A DNA stretch of 63,153 bases, filler included, from Folioceros fuciformis (taxonomy: Eukaryota), in the NCBI GenBank assembly GCA_049999805.1. It is 4 parts of 3 records of this genome, joined end to end, with 100 filler letters (N's around TTAATTAATTAA, not from the genome) between each part and the next. Parts side by side here need not be neighbours in the genome. Positions count along the whole stretch, not along the records: positions 16,019 to 38,666 come from JBNGIO010005799.1; 3 more parts are not named here. One strand, written 5' to 3'. The notes under the pieces are model-generated. The model did not search any database. It had not been told where the DNA came from and was given only the letters and a program-made list of their open reading frames with translations. Made by a program: the position numbers and the translations under genes. Positions 22,801-34,477 of the stretch are shown here, piece after piece. Positions within the stretch are counted from its first letter, which is position 1, and every line of letters starts with the position of its first letter.

Positions 22801-23260
22801 CGATGGCCGCTTGCTCGGTGATCACTTGCTCCGTGGCCCCTTGCTCCATGGTCGCTTTGAGCTTGCTGGGTACTTGGGTGCGCACTCACTCTATTGCTCG
22901 GCGGCCCCTTGCTTCGTGACCACTTGCTCCGTGGTCGCTTTGAGCTTGCTGGGTAGCTGGGTGTGCACACACTCTATCGCTCGATGGTCACTTGCTTGGT
23001 GGTCGCTTGCTTTGTAGTCTCTTTGAGCTTGCTTGGTCGCTGGGTGCACACTTGCTCTATCGCTCGATGGTCACTTGCTCCATGGTCGCTAGTGCTCAGT
23101 TGGTGTTCGTTGGCCCAATGGTTGCTGGCTTGGTGGCTGGTGACTACGTGCTCACTCGCTGAGTATACGCTCAATCAGTGCTCCCTTGCTCGTTGGTCAG
23201 TCACTTGGTGCTCGCTCAATGGTCAGTCTTCTCCCCTTTCTCCTTTTGCTCATCTTGCTC
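19880..23260. repeat. Compound GC-rich minisatellite (33-, 36-, 24-, 35- and 15-bp unit arrays) with internal gaps
   Basis: Units include CCGCCGCCCTCGAGGTGGTCGCTCCCGTCGCTC (33), CGTCGCTTGCCGCTCTGGAGCTCGGTGCTCTTCGCC (36), GCTCTCGAGCTCGTGGCTTTCGTA (24) and GCTTGCTCGGTGGCC (15). Confidence 0.9.
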
Positions 23261-23464
23261 TTACTTGGTACCCTCTAATCCTCTCCCCTTGCTCTTGCTC
23301 TTTGCCCCACTCCTCTCCTCTCCCATTCGCTTCCACTTTGCCTCAATTAGGTCCATATAAGACAATTTGAAGTTATAGAGATGTTCCATCCAGATATTTC
23401 GTACTACAAGTTCCATGGAGATATTTAGTACTACAAGTTTATGAGAAGCCATAGGGAGTACTGT

Positions 23465-24125
23465 AGGTTTATAAGAAACCATCGAGATATATAGGAGGCC
23501 CTTTATATAGTCTAAAAAGACTATACCAATATAGAACATATTCTACTATAGTCTCCATCTAGGATGTACTCTCTATATGGCAGTAGATGTTATCTTATGG
23601 CAATAGGCATAGTTACCACAAAGCCTTGAATATAATATATTCTTTATATATATACTAAGTCAAACTATATAGTCAAGCCATCGAGAGTGCTTCAAGCTTA
23701 TGAGAAACCATCGAGATATATGAGAGGCCCTTTATATAGTTTAAGAAGACTATACCAATATAGTACATATTCTAATGAGTCTCCGTCTAGGATGTACTCT
23801 TTATATGGCAGTAAATATTATCTTATGGCAATATGCATAGTTACCACAAACCCTTGAATATACTATATTCTTTATGTATATACTAAGTCAAGCTATATAG
23901 TAAAGCCACCGAGAGAGCTACAAATTTATGAGAAACTATCTAAATATGTGAGAGGCCCTTTATATAGTCTAAGAAGACCATACCAATATAGTACATATTC
24001 TTAATGTAGTCACAAGCTAGGATGTACTCTCTATATGGCAGTAAATATTATCTTATGGTAATATGCATAATTACTATAACCCCTTGAATATATTATATTC
24101 TTTACGTATATACTAAGTAAGAGCT
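23465..24125. repeat. AT-rich ~229-bp tandem repeat, ~3 copies
   Basis: AGGCCCTTTATATAGT at 23496, 23725 and 23953. Confidence 0.9.
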
Positions 24126-24775
24126 TCTTCGGCATGGTAGAAAATAGGTCTTATATTATTCTGTATCATGAAATTTTGAGAGTAGTGGATAATTTTTGAA
24201 AAAAATATTTGAAAAGAATAGTACCTTTTGGCTGTTCCTTGGATGTTTGGAATAGATTGGGACTTTTCATGTCTTTTGCAATAATAGATTATAAACTTCA
24301 TTGTACTAAGTATGTACATGGAGATTGCACCGCTGATAGCATCTGGCGTGTCATTGACATGGTCACATGCGATATGACACATCTGTAAAACAAGGCAACA
24401 GAACGGTTTGGCAAATGGGTCTCTGCTTGAGACTCCCGTGAGTCCCGTGCTGTTCTTCTCGGATTGTGTCACCGATCCTTTTTCGGCCCACGAACGGGAT
24501 CCCCGTTTGGCTGCCGAGCTGAGCTCGAAGGTCCTCTTATGTTTTGGTGAGATTCCTATGCTCTTCAAGTGCCTACAGGTGGTTTGTAACAGCATTGGCT
24601 GTCGTAGGTGCTGTTCACGGGTGGGATATTTTGAGGAGGCGCGCGTGCATAGACGATCGACTCTCGTCTTGAGAACGCCCAGTTCGACGCGGATTGGCCG
24701 AACACGAAGGAATGGGTTGCTGTTAAAACACCTTACGCACTATACAGGCCACCTTCTGGAGTATGGCCGACGACC

Positions 24776-27700
24776 TTGAGGGGCGCATCATGGTGTTCAG
24801 CAGCGTTTTCGGTCGTCTCGGACCCGCTGGCTGTGGTAGCGATGGCTGGTGGAGGTCTTGGTTTTCTGGAAGGAGCTTCGACTCGTCTAACTTCAAGCAG
24901 GCAACCGATGGCGCACAACCAGGTCGGGAGATGCAGCACGTTTGCACGACAGCCAGCCCGTCCTCAAGGGTGGCTGGCTGGGAACGGGTCTGTCGGCGAG
25001 GCTCGTCGTCAGGAGAAGTTGTGGCGACAATTTTTCTCGGACCCAGGACTTTGGTGGGATAACAGGCGGAATGGAAAGGGCCTCCTTGCCGACTTCCGGC
25101 ACCGGCAGTCCCATGAGGTCCTCTGGTTAAACAACTTGCACAAACCAGCTTGGGTGGATTCGCAGCTTGCGGCTTTGGATGTGGGGCTGGGTTGTCGTTC
25201 TTCCAACAGGAGCATGCGTGTGCCGAACCCTCGGGGACCTGCAGGTTGCGATGGGGGCGTGACGGCCGAAACTGTGAGATGGCTGTGTCGAGAGGACCAT
25301 CTCAGTGAGGCTGTGGAGGCTTTGGAAGTTCTTCTGCAGACAGATCATCCCGTTTCCGGATCTTTGTTATATGCTCTCTTGAGGAAATGTGTGGCTAAGC
25401 AGGATGTGGCTCTGGGTAGCCGTGTACATGCGTCTGCGGTGAAAAGGGGATATCAGGCAGATACCTTCCTAGGCTTCCACTTTCTGCGAATGTATGCTGC
25501 TCATGGCAGGTTGCAAGATGCCATGGACGTGTTTGAAGCCGTGGTGCGACCGGATTGTTTCACGTGGTCTGCCATAATTTCGGCGCATGTTAAACATGGT
25601 CAAGACAAGCAGGCAATACAATTGTATCATCGGATGCGCAGGTCTAGGGTGCAGCCAGATGGGCATGTGTTTGTGGCAGCCCTTCAGGCTTGTGCAAGGG
25701 GATCTGACTTAAAAGCTGGGCAGCAGGTGCATGCTGATGTGTTGGCCAATGGCGCTGAGCCGAATTTGTTCGTTTCTAGTTGCTTGGTGGACATGTACGC
25801 CAAGTGTGGCAGCCTGGAGAACGCTCAAAAAGTGTTTGGCAGTCTTGGTCAGAAGGATGTAGTGACTTGGAATGCCATGATATCTGGGTATTCTCAGCAG
25901 GGCATGGGGCAGGAAGCCTTTGGCCTGTTCAGTGCCATGCTGAAGGAGGGGACTGTAGCACCTGATTGCGTGACATTCGCATCTCTTCTGAGTGCATGCG
26001 CAAATGTGGGTACTCCAGCATTGGAGAAAGGGAAACAACTTCATGTGCAGATTAAGCAAAAGGGCTTTCAAGGTAGTTTGTTTTTAGCCAACAGTCTGTT
26101 GGTCATGTATACAAAGTGCGGCAGTTTGAGGGACGCCCAGACAGTATTTGATGAACTTAGTGAAAAAAATGTGGTAACCTGGAATGCGATGATATCAGGG
26201 TACTCCCAGCAGGGGATGGGGCAGGAAGCACTTCGTCTCTACAGTGCCATGCAACACGATAGCGCGTCTGTACCCAATTCTGTTACATTTGTCTGCCTCC
26301 TGCAGGCATGTGCAAGTGTCGGCTCCTTGGGATTAGAGACGGGGAAACGGCTCCACGCCCAAATCAGTGATCGAGGATACCAAGCTGATGTATTTGTAGC
26401 TAACAGTTTGGTGAACATGTACGCAAACTGTGGCAGCTTGGGGGATGCTCAGAGGGTTTTTGATGGACTTGGTCAGAAGGATTCTGTGACGTGGAACGCC
26501 ATGATAGCAGGGTATTCCCATCAGGGTAAGGAGCTGGAAGCCCTACGTTTGTATGCGGCCATGCGAGAAGAAGGCGCAGCTGTGCCCGATTCTGTGACAT
26601 TCGCGTGCCTACTGCAGGCGTGTGCAAGTTTAGGCACCCCGGCCTTGGATAAGGGGAAGCAACTCCATGTGCAAATCAAGGAAGGGGGACTCGAAGCTGA
26701 TGTGGTTGTAGCCAACAGTTTAGTGAACATGTATGTCAAGTGTGGGAGCTTGGCAGATGCTCAAAGAGTGTTCGACAGACTTGGCCAAAAAGATGTTGTG
26801 ACGTGGAATGCCATGATGGCGGGGTATTTGCAGCAGGGTATGGCACAGGAAGCGCTTCTTCTCTACAGTACTATGCTAGAAGAAGGTGCAGCTGTACCTA
26901 CGTCTGTTACATTTTCGTGCCTCCTGCAGGCATGTGCAAGTGTGGGGACCCCAGCTTTGGAGGTGGGGAAGCAGCTTCATGCACAGATTATTGAACAGGG
27001 GCATGAAGCTAACGAGTTTATAACCAGTTGTTTGTTGACGATGTATTCCAAATGTGGCAGCTTGAAGGACGCTGAGACATTGTTTGGTGGTCTAAGTGTA
27101 AAACCTGTGGCGGCGTGGAATGCCATGATAGCAGGGTACTCCCAGCAGGGCATGGGGCAGGAAGCCCTCCGTCTGTACTGTGCAATGCAAGCTGAAGGTA
27201 TCGCTGTAGCCAATTCGGTGACTTTTGTGTGCCTGTTGCAGGCATGTGCAACTGTGGGCACACCTGCCTTGGCGAAAGGGAAGCAGCTTCATGCACAAAT
27301 CAAAGAACAAAGACATCAAGCTGACGTTTATGTCGCCAGCAGTTTGGTGAACATGTATGCAAAGTGTGGCAGCATCGAAGATGCTGAGATAGTGTTTGAC
27401 GGACTTGTTGAAAAAGATGTGGTCACTTGGAATACCATGATGGCAGGGTATTCCAAGCAGGGCATGGGGCAGGAAGCCCTTCGTCTATATGGTCTTATGC
27501 TAGAAAAAGGCATGGCTTTACCAGATGTGGTGACATATCTGTGCGTTCTGCAAGCATGTGCCAGTATAGGGGCCCCAGCTTTGGAGCAGGGTAAACAGTT
27601 TCATGCTCAAATTGAAGAACTAGGTCTTCAAGCTGATACGGTGGTAGCCAACAGTTTGGTCAGTATGTATTCGAAGTGCGGCTGTTGGAATGCTGCTCAG

Positions 27701-30205
27701 ATACTCTTTGAGGGACTTGGTCAGAAAACTGTGGTGACGTGGAATGCCATCATAGCAGGGTACTCACAGCAAGGCATGGGTTGGAAAGCCCTCAGTCTCT
27801 ATCGTTCTATGCTAGAAGAAAGCATGGAACCCGATCTTGTGACATTTCTCTGCCTTCTGCAGGCATGTGCAAGTATTGGTGCTGTGGCATTGGAGGAGGG
27901 AAAGCAGCTCCACGCAAAAATCAAAGAACGGGGACATGAATCTGACGTGCTTGTAGCAAACAGTTTGGTGAACATGTATGCAAAGTGCCTCAGCTTGGAG
28001 AATGCACAGAGACTATTTGATAGACTTGACGTAAAAGATGTGGTGACGTGGAATGTTATGATAGGAGGGTATTCCCAGCAAGGGAGGGGGCAGGAAGCCC
28101 TTCGTCTTTACAGTGCGATGAGAACAGAAGGTATGACTGTACCCGATTCTGTCACATTTGTGTGCCTTTTGCAGGCATGTGCAAGTTTGGGCACCATAGG
28201 ATTGGAGAGTGGGCAGGAGCTCCATGCCCAGATTAAAGAACAAGGACATGGAGCTGATCAGTTTGTATCCAACAGTTTGGTGAGCATGTATGGAAAATGT
28301 GGCAGCTTGGAAGATGCTGAGGGACTCTTTAATGGACTTAGTCAGAAAGATGTTGTGACATGGAATGCTATGATGGGAGGTTATGCCCAGAATGGTAAGG
28401 GGCAGGAAGCGCTCCGTCTGTACAGTGCGATGCAAGAAGAAGGACTTGTTGCACCAGATTCAATGACCTTTGTTTGCCTCCTTCAGATATGTGCAGCTGC
28501 AGGCGCCCAGGCATGGGACAAAGGGAAAGAGCTTCATGCTCAGATTGAACGCCAAGGTCTTGATGTGGATCTGTTTGTAGCAAGCAGTTTGATTGATATG
28601 TATTCAAAGTGCGGAAATTTAGAAGATGCTCGGAGAGTGTTCGATGGACTCAGTCAAAAGGATTTGGTGACTTGGAATGCCATGATTGCAGGGTATTCCC
28701 AGGTGGGCATGGGGCAGGAAGCCTTCTGTCTTTACCGGACAATGGAAGAAGAGGGCTTGGCCCGACCTGATGCGGTGACATTTGTATGCCTCCTGCAGGC
28801 ATGTGCAAGTTTAGGCACTCTGGCTTTGGAGGAGGGAAAGGATCTTCATACTCAGATTAGAGAACAAGGCCATGAGGATCATGTGATTGTAGCAAGCAGT
28901 TTGGTGAACATGTATGCGAAGTGCGGGAGTTTGGAAGATGCTCAGGGAGTATTCGACAAATTTGATCAGAAAGATTTGGTGACCTGGAATGTCATGATGG
29001 CAGGGTATTCCCAGCAGGGTATGTTGCAGGAAGCTCTTGGTCTCTACGTTGCTATGCAAGGAGAAGGAGCGACGGTACCAGATTCCTTGACCTTTGTCTC
29101 CCTCCTGCAGGCATGTGCCAGTGTGGGTGTCCCGGCTTTGGAAAAGGGGAAGGAACTCCATGTGCATATCAGGGAACAAGGACATCAAGATGATGTGTTT
29201 GTAGCCAACAGTCTGGTGAACATGTATGCCAAGTGCGGCAGCTTGAAGCTCGGTAGGAGTGTGTTCGACACGCTGGAACAAAAAAATGTGGTAACGTGGA
29301 ATGCCATGATCTCAGGGTACTCCCAGCAGGGTATGGGGCAGGAAGCCCTTCACCTGCATAATGCTATGCAAGGAGAAGGGAAGACTGTACCGGACACCGT
29401 GACATTTTTGTGTCTCCTACAGGCATGCGCAAATGTGGCAGCTTTGTATCGCGGCAGGCAGCTACATGCTCAGATTCTAGAACAAGGTCTTGAATCTGAT
29501 TTGTTTGTCGTTGGCAGCTTGGTTCACATGTACGGGAAGACCGGGAGCACAGTCGATGCACAGCAAGTCTTTGATACGTTGCCTGAAAGAGACGTTGTGA
29601 TCTGGAACGCACTGATTGCTGGTTACGCCTGTCAAGGAGACAGTGACGTGGTGTTCGACTTGGTCCGGAGAATGAATGAGAATGGCATATGGCCAGACTC
29701 GGTCACATTCCTCAGTGTATTGACAGCATGCAGCCATGCGGGTCTAGTGAACAAGGGCCAAGACTACTTCGAAAGTATGAGCGGACACTACGGCGTCCAT
29801 CCCACGGTTTACCACTACACATGTATGGTCGATCTCCTCGGTCGCGCAGGACAACTGGATGAGGCATTAGGTCTAGTAAAGCGAATGCCTGGACTGCCGA
29901 ACGCCACTGTTTGGCGCACTCTGTTAGGTGCTTGTCGCAAGTGGTGCAATGTCGAGGTGGGATTCCTTGCGTTCAATGAAACTGTGAAGCTTGACAGCCA
30001 AGACGCCTCAGCATACGTGCTGATGTCAAACATATACACCGGAGTCCAGATGTGGGAGTGCGCGGAGAGGTTGCAGTCCAGGAGAAAGAGGATTGGGGCA
30101 TGGAAGCAGCCAGGTCAGAGCTGGTGGGCAGACGGGAACGGCCTGGTGCATAGTTTTCTGGTCGGGGACGAGACCGCTAGGCTGGATCTTCCAGGCCGCA
30201 CGTAG
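24776..30205 (+). CDS. PLS-class PPR protein (~45 motifs) with E1-E2-E+ ('WW'-type PG box, no DYW deaminase) and N-terminal OSB/PDF-like motif
   Basis: Single-exon ORF; first in-frame ATG at 24842. Fourteen 'MY.KCG'-type S motifs in ~104-aa P-L-S triplets; HYTCMVDLLGRAG, WRTLLGACR, YVLMSNIY, KQPGQSWW..HSFLVGD, then stop. LWRQFFSDPGLWWDNR..ADFRH..LWL..PAWVDSQL at ~25020-25175. Confidence 0.95.
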   Translation: MRGASWCSAAFSVVSDPLAVVAMAGGGLGFLEGASTRLTSSRQPMAHNQVGRCSTFARQPARPQGWLAGNGSVGEARRQEKLWRQFFSDPGLWWDNRRNGKGLLADFRHRQSHEVLWLNNLHKPAWVDSQLAALDVGLGCRSSNRSMRVPNPRGPAGCDGGVTAETVRWLCREDHLSEAVEALEVLLQTDHPVSGSLLYALLRKCVAKQDVALGSRVHASAVKRGYQADTFLGFHFLRMYAAHGRLQDAMDVFEAVVRPDCFTWSAIISAHVKHGQDKQAIQLYHRMRRSRVQPDGHVFVAALQACARGSDLKAGQQVHADVLANGAEPNLFVSSCLVDMYAKCGSLENAQKVFGSLGQKDVVTWNAMISGYSQQGMGQEAFGLFSAMLKEGTVAPDCVTFASLLSACANVGTPALEKGKQLHVQIKQKGFQGSLFLANSLLVMYTKCGSLRDAQTVFDELSEKNVVTWNAMISGYSQQGMGQEALRLYSAMQHDSASVPNSVTFVCLLQACASVGSLGLETGKRLHAQISDRGYQADVFVANSLVNMYANCGSLGDAQRVFDGLGQKDSVTWNAMIAGYSHQGKELEALRLYAAMREEGAAVPDSVTFACLLQACASLGTPALDKGKQLHVQIKEGGLEADVVVANSLVNMYVKCGSLADAQRVFDRLGQKDVVTWNAMMAGYLQQGMAQEALLLYSTMLEEGAAVPTSVTFSCLLQACASVGTPALEVGKQLHAQIIEQGHEANEFITSCLLTMYSKCGSLKDAETLFGGLSVKPVAAWNAMIAGYSQQGMGQEALRLYCAMQAEGIAVANSVTFVCLLQACATVGTPALAKGKQLHAQIKEQRHQADVYVASSLVNMYAKCGSIEDAEIVFDGLVEKDVVTWNTMMAGYSKQGMGQEALRLYGLMLEKGMALPDVVTYLCVLQACASIGAPALEQGKQFHAQIEELGLQADTVVANSLVSMYSKCGCWNAAQILFEGLGQKTVVTWNAIIAGYSQQGMGWKALSLYRSMLEESMEPDLVTFLCLLQACASIGAVALEEGKQLHAKIKERGHESDVLVANSLVNMYAKCLSLENAQRLFDRLDVKDVVTWNVMIGGYSQQGRGQEALRLYSAMRTEGMTVPDSVTFVCLLQACASLGTIGLESGQELHAQIKEQGHGADQFVSNSLVSMYGKCGSLEDAEGLFNGLSQKDVVTWNAMMGGYAQNGKGQEALRLYSAMQEEGLVAPDSMTFVCLLQICAAAGAQAWDKGKELHAQIERQGLDVDLFVASSLIDMYSKCGNLEDARRVFDGLSQKDLVTWNAMIAGYSQVGMGQEAFCLYRTMEEEGLARPDAVTFVCLLQACASLGTLALEEGKDLHTQIREQGHEDHVIVASSLVNMYAKCGSLEDAQGVFDKFDQKDLVTWNVMMAGYSQQGMLQEALGLYVAMQGEGATVPDSLTFVSLLQACASVGVPALEKGKELHVHIREQGHQDDVFVANSLVNMYAKCGSLKLGRSVFDTLEQKNVVTWNAMISGYSQQGMGQEALHLHNAMQGEGKTVPDTVTFLCLLQACANVAALYRGRQLHAQILEQGLESDLFVVGSLVHMYGKTGSTVDAQQVFDTLPERDVVIWNALIAGYACQGDSDVVFDLVRRMNENGIWPDSVTFLSVLTACSHAGLVNKGQDYFESMSGHYGVHPTVYHYTCMVDLLGRAGQLDEALGLVKRMPGLPNATVWRTLLGACRKWCNVEVGFLAFNETVKLDSQDASAYVLMSNIYTGVQMWECAERLQSRRKRIGAWKQPGQSWWADGNGLVHSFLVGDETARLDLPGRT

Positions 30206-30860
30206 GCCGGTTGTATGTGGCGAGTTTTTTCAGTTTATTTTTCTTTAATTTTTTATATGTTTGTTTTAATTAGGTGATCTAATTATGCATGAAAAGGTTG
30301 CACTTGATTCTATTTAATCTATTAAAAGATGTGAACACACATATTTGCTTTAAGGACAGGGCATGTATGTATGTGATGTTTTGTGCATCGATTACTCGTG
30401 GGAATTGTTTGATAAATCTGTGGTCCACGACTGCAGCATGCAAACGAAATCGGGAGAAGAGAATCAGGGCGTCACGGACCGTAGTACGGCGGGGCCAAAG
30501 AATGTTTAATGCTGGCCGGAGTCGATCCGGCACGTCTTTATACGGATGCGCCCACCAGCCAGCTGTACTGGCGTGCCGCCAGGGCTGGTGATCCGGGAAG
30601 TGGGCACCGAAAGGGCAACAGGAATCGGCTACATACGGTTCACGGCCTGAAAAAAGGATGGGTGATGGCATCAGTAAAGCCAGCCTCGACGTGCCAAGCC
30701 ATTCCACGTCAGCCAAAAGCTGCACAACTGCTGGCGGTGATCCTGCGACTTCTCCCGATTAAACATGAGCCGGCCGCCCTTGCAATGCGCAGCCTTCCTC
30801 CGCGGTATGGGATAATTCTGTCATCCGATTTCTGGCTCGCTTGGCGTGGAGGACGGCAAC

Positions 30861-33124
30861 ATGGCGGGAGACGAGGCTGCGAATGGGCAGGACGAGGAGG
30901 CGCAGACGACGGAAGCGGATCGTGAGGCGCCCGCTGTTGTGGAGGTGGGATATCTGGACATCGTGAAGCAGTTCACGCTGCTGGGATGGACCGCGTTCGG
31001 CGGCCCCAGCGCACACATCGCTCTTTTCGAGAAGGTGCGCCTGGTGCTGGTAGTTGGTTTGTGAGACCCGTGTTGCTGCACNNNNNNNNNNNNNNNNNNN
31101 NNNNNNNNNNNNNNNNNNNNNNNNNNNNNNNNNNNNNNNNNNNNNNNNNNNNNNNNNNNNNNNNNNNNNNNNNNNNNNNNNGCGGGGGGGTGGGGGGTGT
31201 AGGAGATCTGTGTGCGGAGCTGTTTGCGTGATTGCTGGTCTGGTTTTCGTGGGAGCTGTGTCTGAGATGTCGAGCCCCTGCTGTTTTCCGGCTGCAGCGG
31301 CTGGTGGAGAAGCTGAGATGGATGAGCACCGAAATCTTCGCAGAACTCTTTGTTTTGGGGCAGTGCATGCCGGGGCCGACGTCTACGCAGGTGTCGTTTG
31401 CAATCGGAACCATCAAGAAAGGAGTGCCTGGTGGGTGAGAATTCGGGCTGCGGGGATGGCGTTCAGTCGCTGTGTGGGATGTCGTTGGCCGGGCTCCAGG
31501 AATGTCTTGTCTTGTCTTGTCTTGTCTTGACTTTTCTTGTACTCTGCTCAGATAGATTCGTGCGTCCCTCTGGCTAGCTAGGATGCTATCCCGTGCCCTC
31601 TGACCGACCAAGCCCGACCTGCGTGTGGGCTAATGACAGTGTGTTGATCCTGCTGAATGTGCGCAGCCGGATTGCTGTCCGGAGTGCTGTTCCAGTACCC
31701 CGGGGCTTTGATCATGACCGCTCTCGGGGTGTTCGCGTACAAGCAGCTGGAGCATCCTCAAGGAGCGCTGAACGGGCTGGTGTCTGGAGTGTCGGCTGTG
31801 GGCGTGGCGCTGGTGGCGTCTGCAGCCAAGTCCATGTCATACAAGCTCTGCGCGGGGCCTCAGCTTGCGTCCATCTCGGCTGCTTCCGTGGTGATTGCCT
31901 ACTACTGGCCCAAGGCCTACACCTTCCCGTGCCTCATCGTTGCTGGGGGCCTCGTCACCCTACTTTCCGGTTCGTTCAGGAAGGAGCCGCTTCCTGCCAT
32001 CAAGGTTGTTCACACGGTGTCGGCTTTCTGGGCTCTGTAGTCTTTGTGAACCGTGTGAGGGCGTGGAATGGAGGATTAACGATAATTCGTGATGAATGGA
32101 ATGTTGATGGCGTGGTGATCTCCACAGGCAAAGGATGAATCTGTGCATTCACATGGTTTCAACATGCTTTTTGGAGGGATTATTTTGGTCCTCTGGGTGG
32201 TAGTGCTCGTAACGTCCATCCTCCTCGTCAGACTCCTGGACGATGCTCCTGCCCCACTGCGCTGGTGGGAGGTTTTTTACAGAATTGGGTCTGTCATTTT
32301 TGGGGGCGGTCAGGTATGTGGATAATCTGGTCCAGGAGCTGCATCCATCTTGTCATGTACTAGGATGTGCCTGAGCCTGAGTACTGGTGTCGTTTAGCTG
32401 CTGTGCTGCCGCGAGCGTCATCGCGTCTTCCACACGCGTTGCTACACCTGTGGACGTCGCCTTAAACCTTGTGATGCATCCGTGCAGGTGGTTTTGCCCA
32501 TGCTATACAACGGTGTGGTGCAAACGACATGCGATAAAGATGGGCTGTGCGTAGACAATCCCGACACTTGGGTCACCAGCAAGCAGTTCTACGCTGGCCT
32601 GGGAATCGTACAGGTGTGTTGTAGCTCCTCCCTCTTGGAATTTGCCGTTTTCCCAACACCGCAGCAAGCATTCGTCTTCCTGGCACCATTTTCAACTATC
32701 GCCTGTTCCACCTTCACAGGCCCTGCCCGGCCCTCTCTTCAACTTTTCCACCTACCTTGGCACTATTATCGCTCTCAACGCCGGGTACGTGTTCATTGTG
32801 GGCGCGGCCCTGGCCTGGTGTGGCCTCTTCTTCCCTGGCATCATGCTCATCTTCGGAATCATGCCGTTCTGGGGCCATTTCCGGAGATGGCCCGTTTACC
32901 GGAGAGCCCTGCCGGGCCTCAATGCTGCTGGAGTGGGTCTCATCACAGTCAGTGTCTTCACCCTCACTTTCGGAGTTCTGGATCAGACCAGCTTCCCTGT
33001 GACAAGCCTGTGTCTGGGCATCCTTGCCTTCGTCGCAGTGGACCAGCTGCACTGGTTCGAACCTCTTGTGGTGATTGTTGGGGGTGCGTTGGGAATTGCT
33101 GCTTGGAAGATCGGCATGAAATGA
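30861..33124 (+). CDS. Chromate ion transporter (CHR family, two-domain), 6 exons
   Basis: GWTAFGGPSAHI, GQCMPGPTSTQV, RIGSVIFGGGQVVLP, QALPGPLFNFSTYLG and GLNAAGVGLI. GT-AG introns; approximate exons 30861-31034, 31298-31430, 31667-32004, 32128-32313, 32489-32613 and 32720-33124. Confidence 0.9.
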
Positions 33125-34477
33125 CAACTGCAAACAGGATCATCACATGACCGTCCGGGAGTGACAGATATCCCATCGCCGTTGCGGACTCCACATCTCC
33201 CCGCATCATCAGTGTTGGTAAACCTAGTCTAGTCTGCCAAACAAGCGTGCTAAAGGTTCCGGTAATCGAAAATTGAGACATGGGTTTAGAGACGTTAGGA
33301 ACATAGCTTGACCAGAATCGCCAGACATGTACAGAACAGTACAATACAGAACTGCGGTCGGGCTTATCTGTGGAGCACAAGAGCACAAGGCTGGGTCTCT
33401 AACCGCAGCCGGTAATTGCTGACGGGACAACGCGTTAGAGGAACGTTTTGAATAATGCAAACCAGGGTTTCACCAACAGCGCCACGACTCGTCCAAAATT
33501 CCCCCCAAAAATCAACACTCCCAAGTTGTCTCCCTCTCGGCATTCGACCCTTCGCTGCCCGTCTCCTTCCCTCCCCCTTCCCCTTCCCTTCCCCTCCACC
33601 TTCCTTCCTCAGATCTGAGGAAGCTGCTGCAGCCGCGTGCAGGAGCCGCTACTCCTCCTTGGGGTGCAGATCGGCCAGGCAGCGGCAGCTCGCAGAGATT
33701 GCGCCAGGTGCGGACTTGAGCATAGGGCAAGTGGAGACTTTCCCCCTGCGACCGTCCCTGTGGTTGTTGCCGAGCGGATCCTGCAGAGCCGGTGTGCCCG
33801 CTGTTTTGCCCGGGTAGTTGGAGAAAATTCTGCCCTTGCAGCTGGGATCTGTGGAGAAGGGAGCTTCACTCGGCATTCGGATGCCCGCAGGCTCGCGCTT
33901 GAGGTACGGGTGCGAGTTGCCCTGTCTCCGTGGAGCTTGTTCCCGCTTACATGGTGTGCGTTCTGTCCTGAAAACAATGAGAGCTTGGCCGATTAAGACA
34001 GTATGGTGCCAGAGTGCGCATTGTCGGGCCGAGTGACGTCCTCTAGCTGACCTTGCTCCTGATTACCGCCTGGGGCAAGATTCACTGGTTGTTTTCTTTG
34101 TTGATTGCGGAGGGCTCGTTGTTTAGTACAGGACGTGTCTCCTGCTCCTCGCGTACCGATGTAAGACGCAGCCGTGGATGCTTTCCATGGATGCTGCGCT
34201 TTGTGTTTTTAGCCCTCCGCTTGCTAGTTTTCCTCCTCCATATTCGTGGATGTGCTGTGTTTGTGGATGGGCTGCAGTCGTAATCGTGTGAAGGAGCTTA
34301 TCAAATGGTTTTCCTTCGCTGCTAAACTCTGTAATGTCCGTCTCGTTTGTCCTTACGCAGGACTACGTTTTGGTTGGTTGTCTCTCTGCTGCAGGCTGCA
34401 GAATTTGGACCTAGCAATAAGCAGCTTCATATCCAAGTGTGTATAAGTGAGCAGGAGGCTTGTAGTCTGATATAACA

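Noticed and set aside
19845-23017. Long repetitive ORFs (up to 494 aa) in several frames
   Set aside because: Explained by stop-poor tandem repeats and N gaps; no protein-family motif is recognisable.
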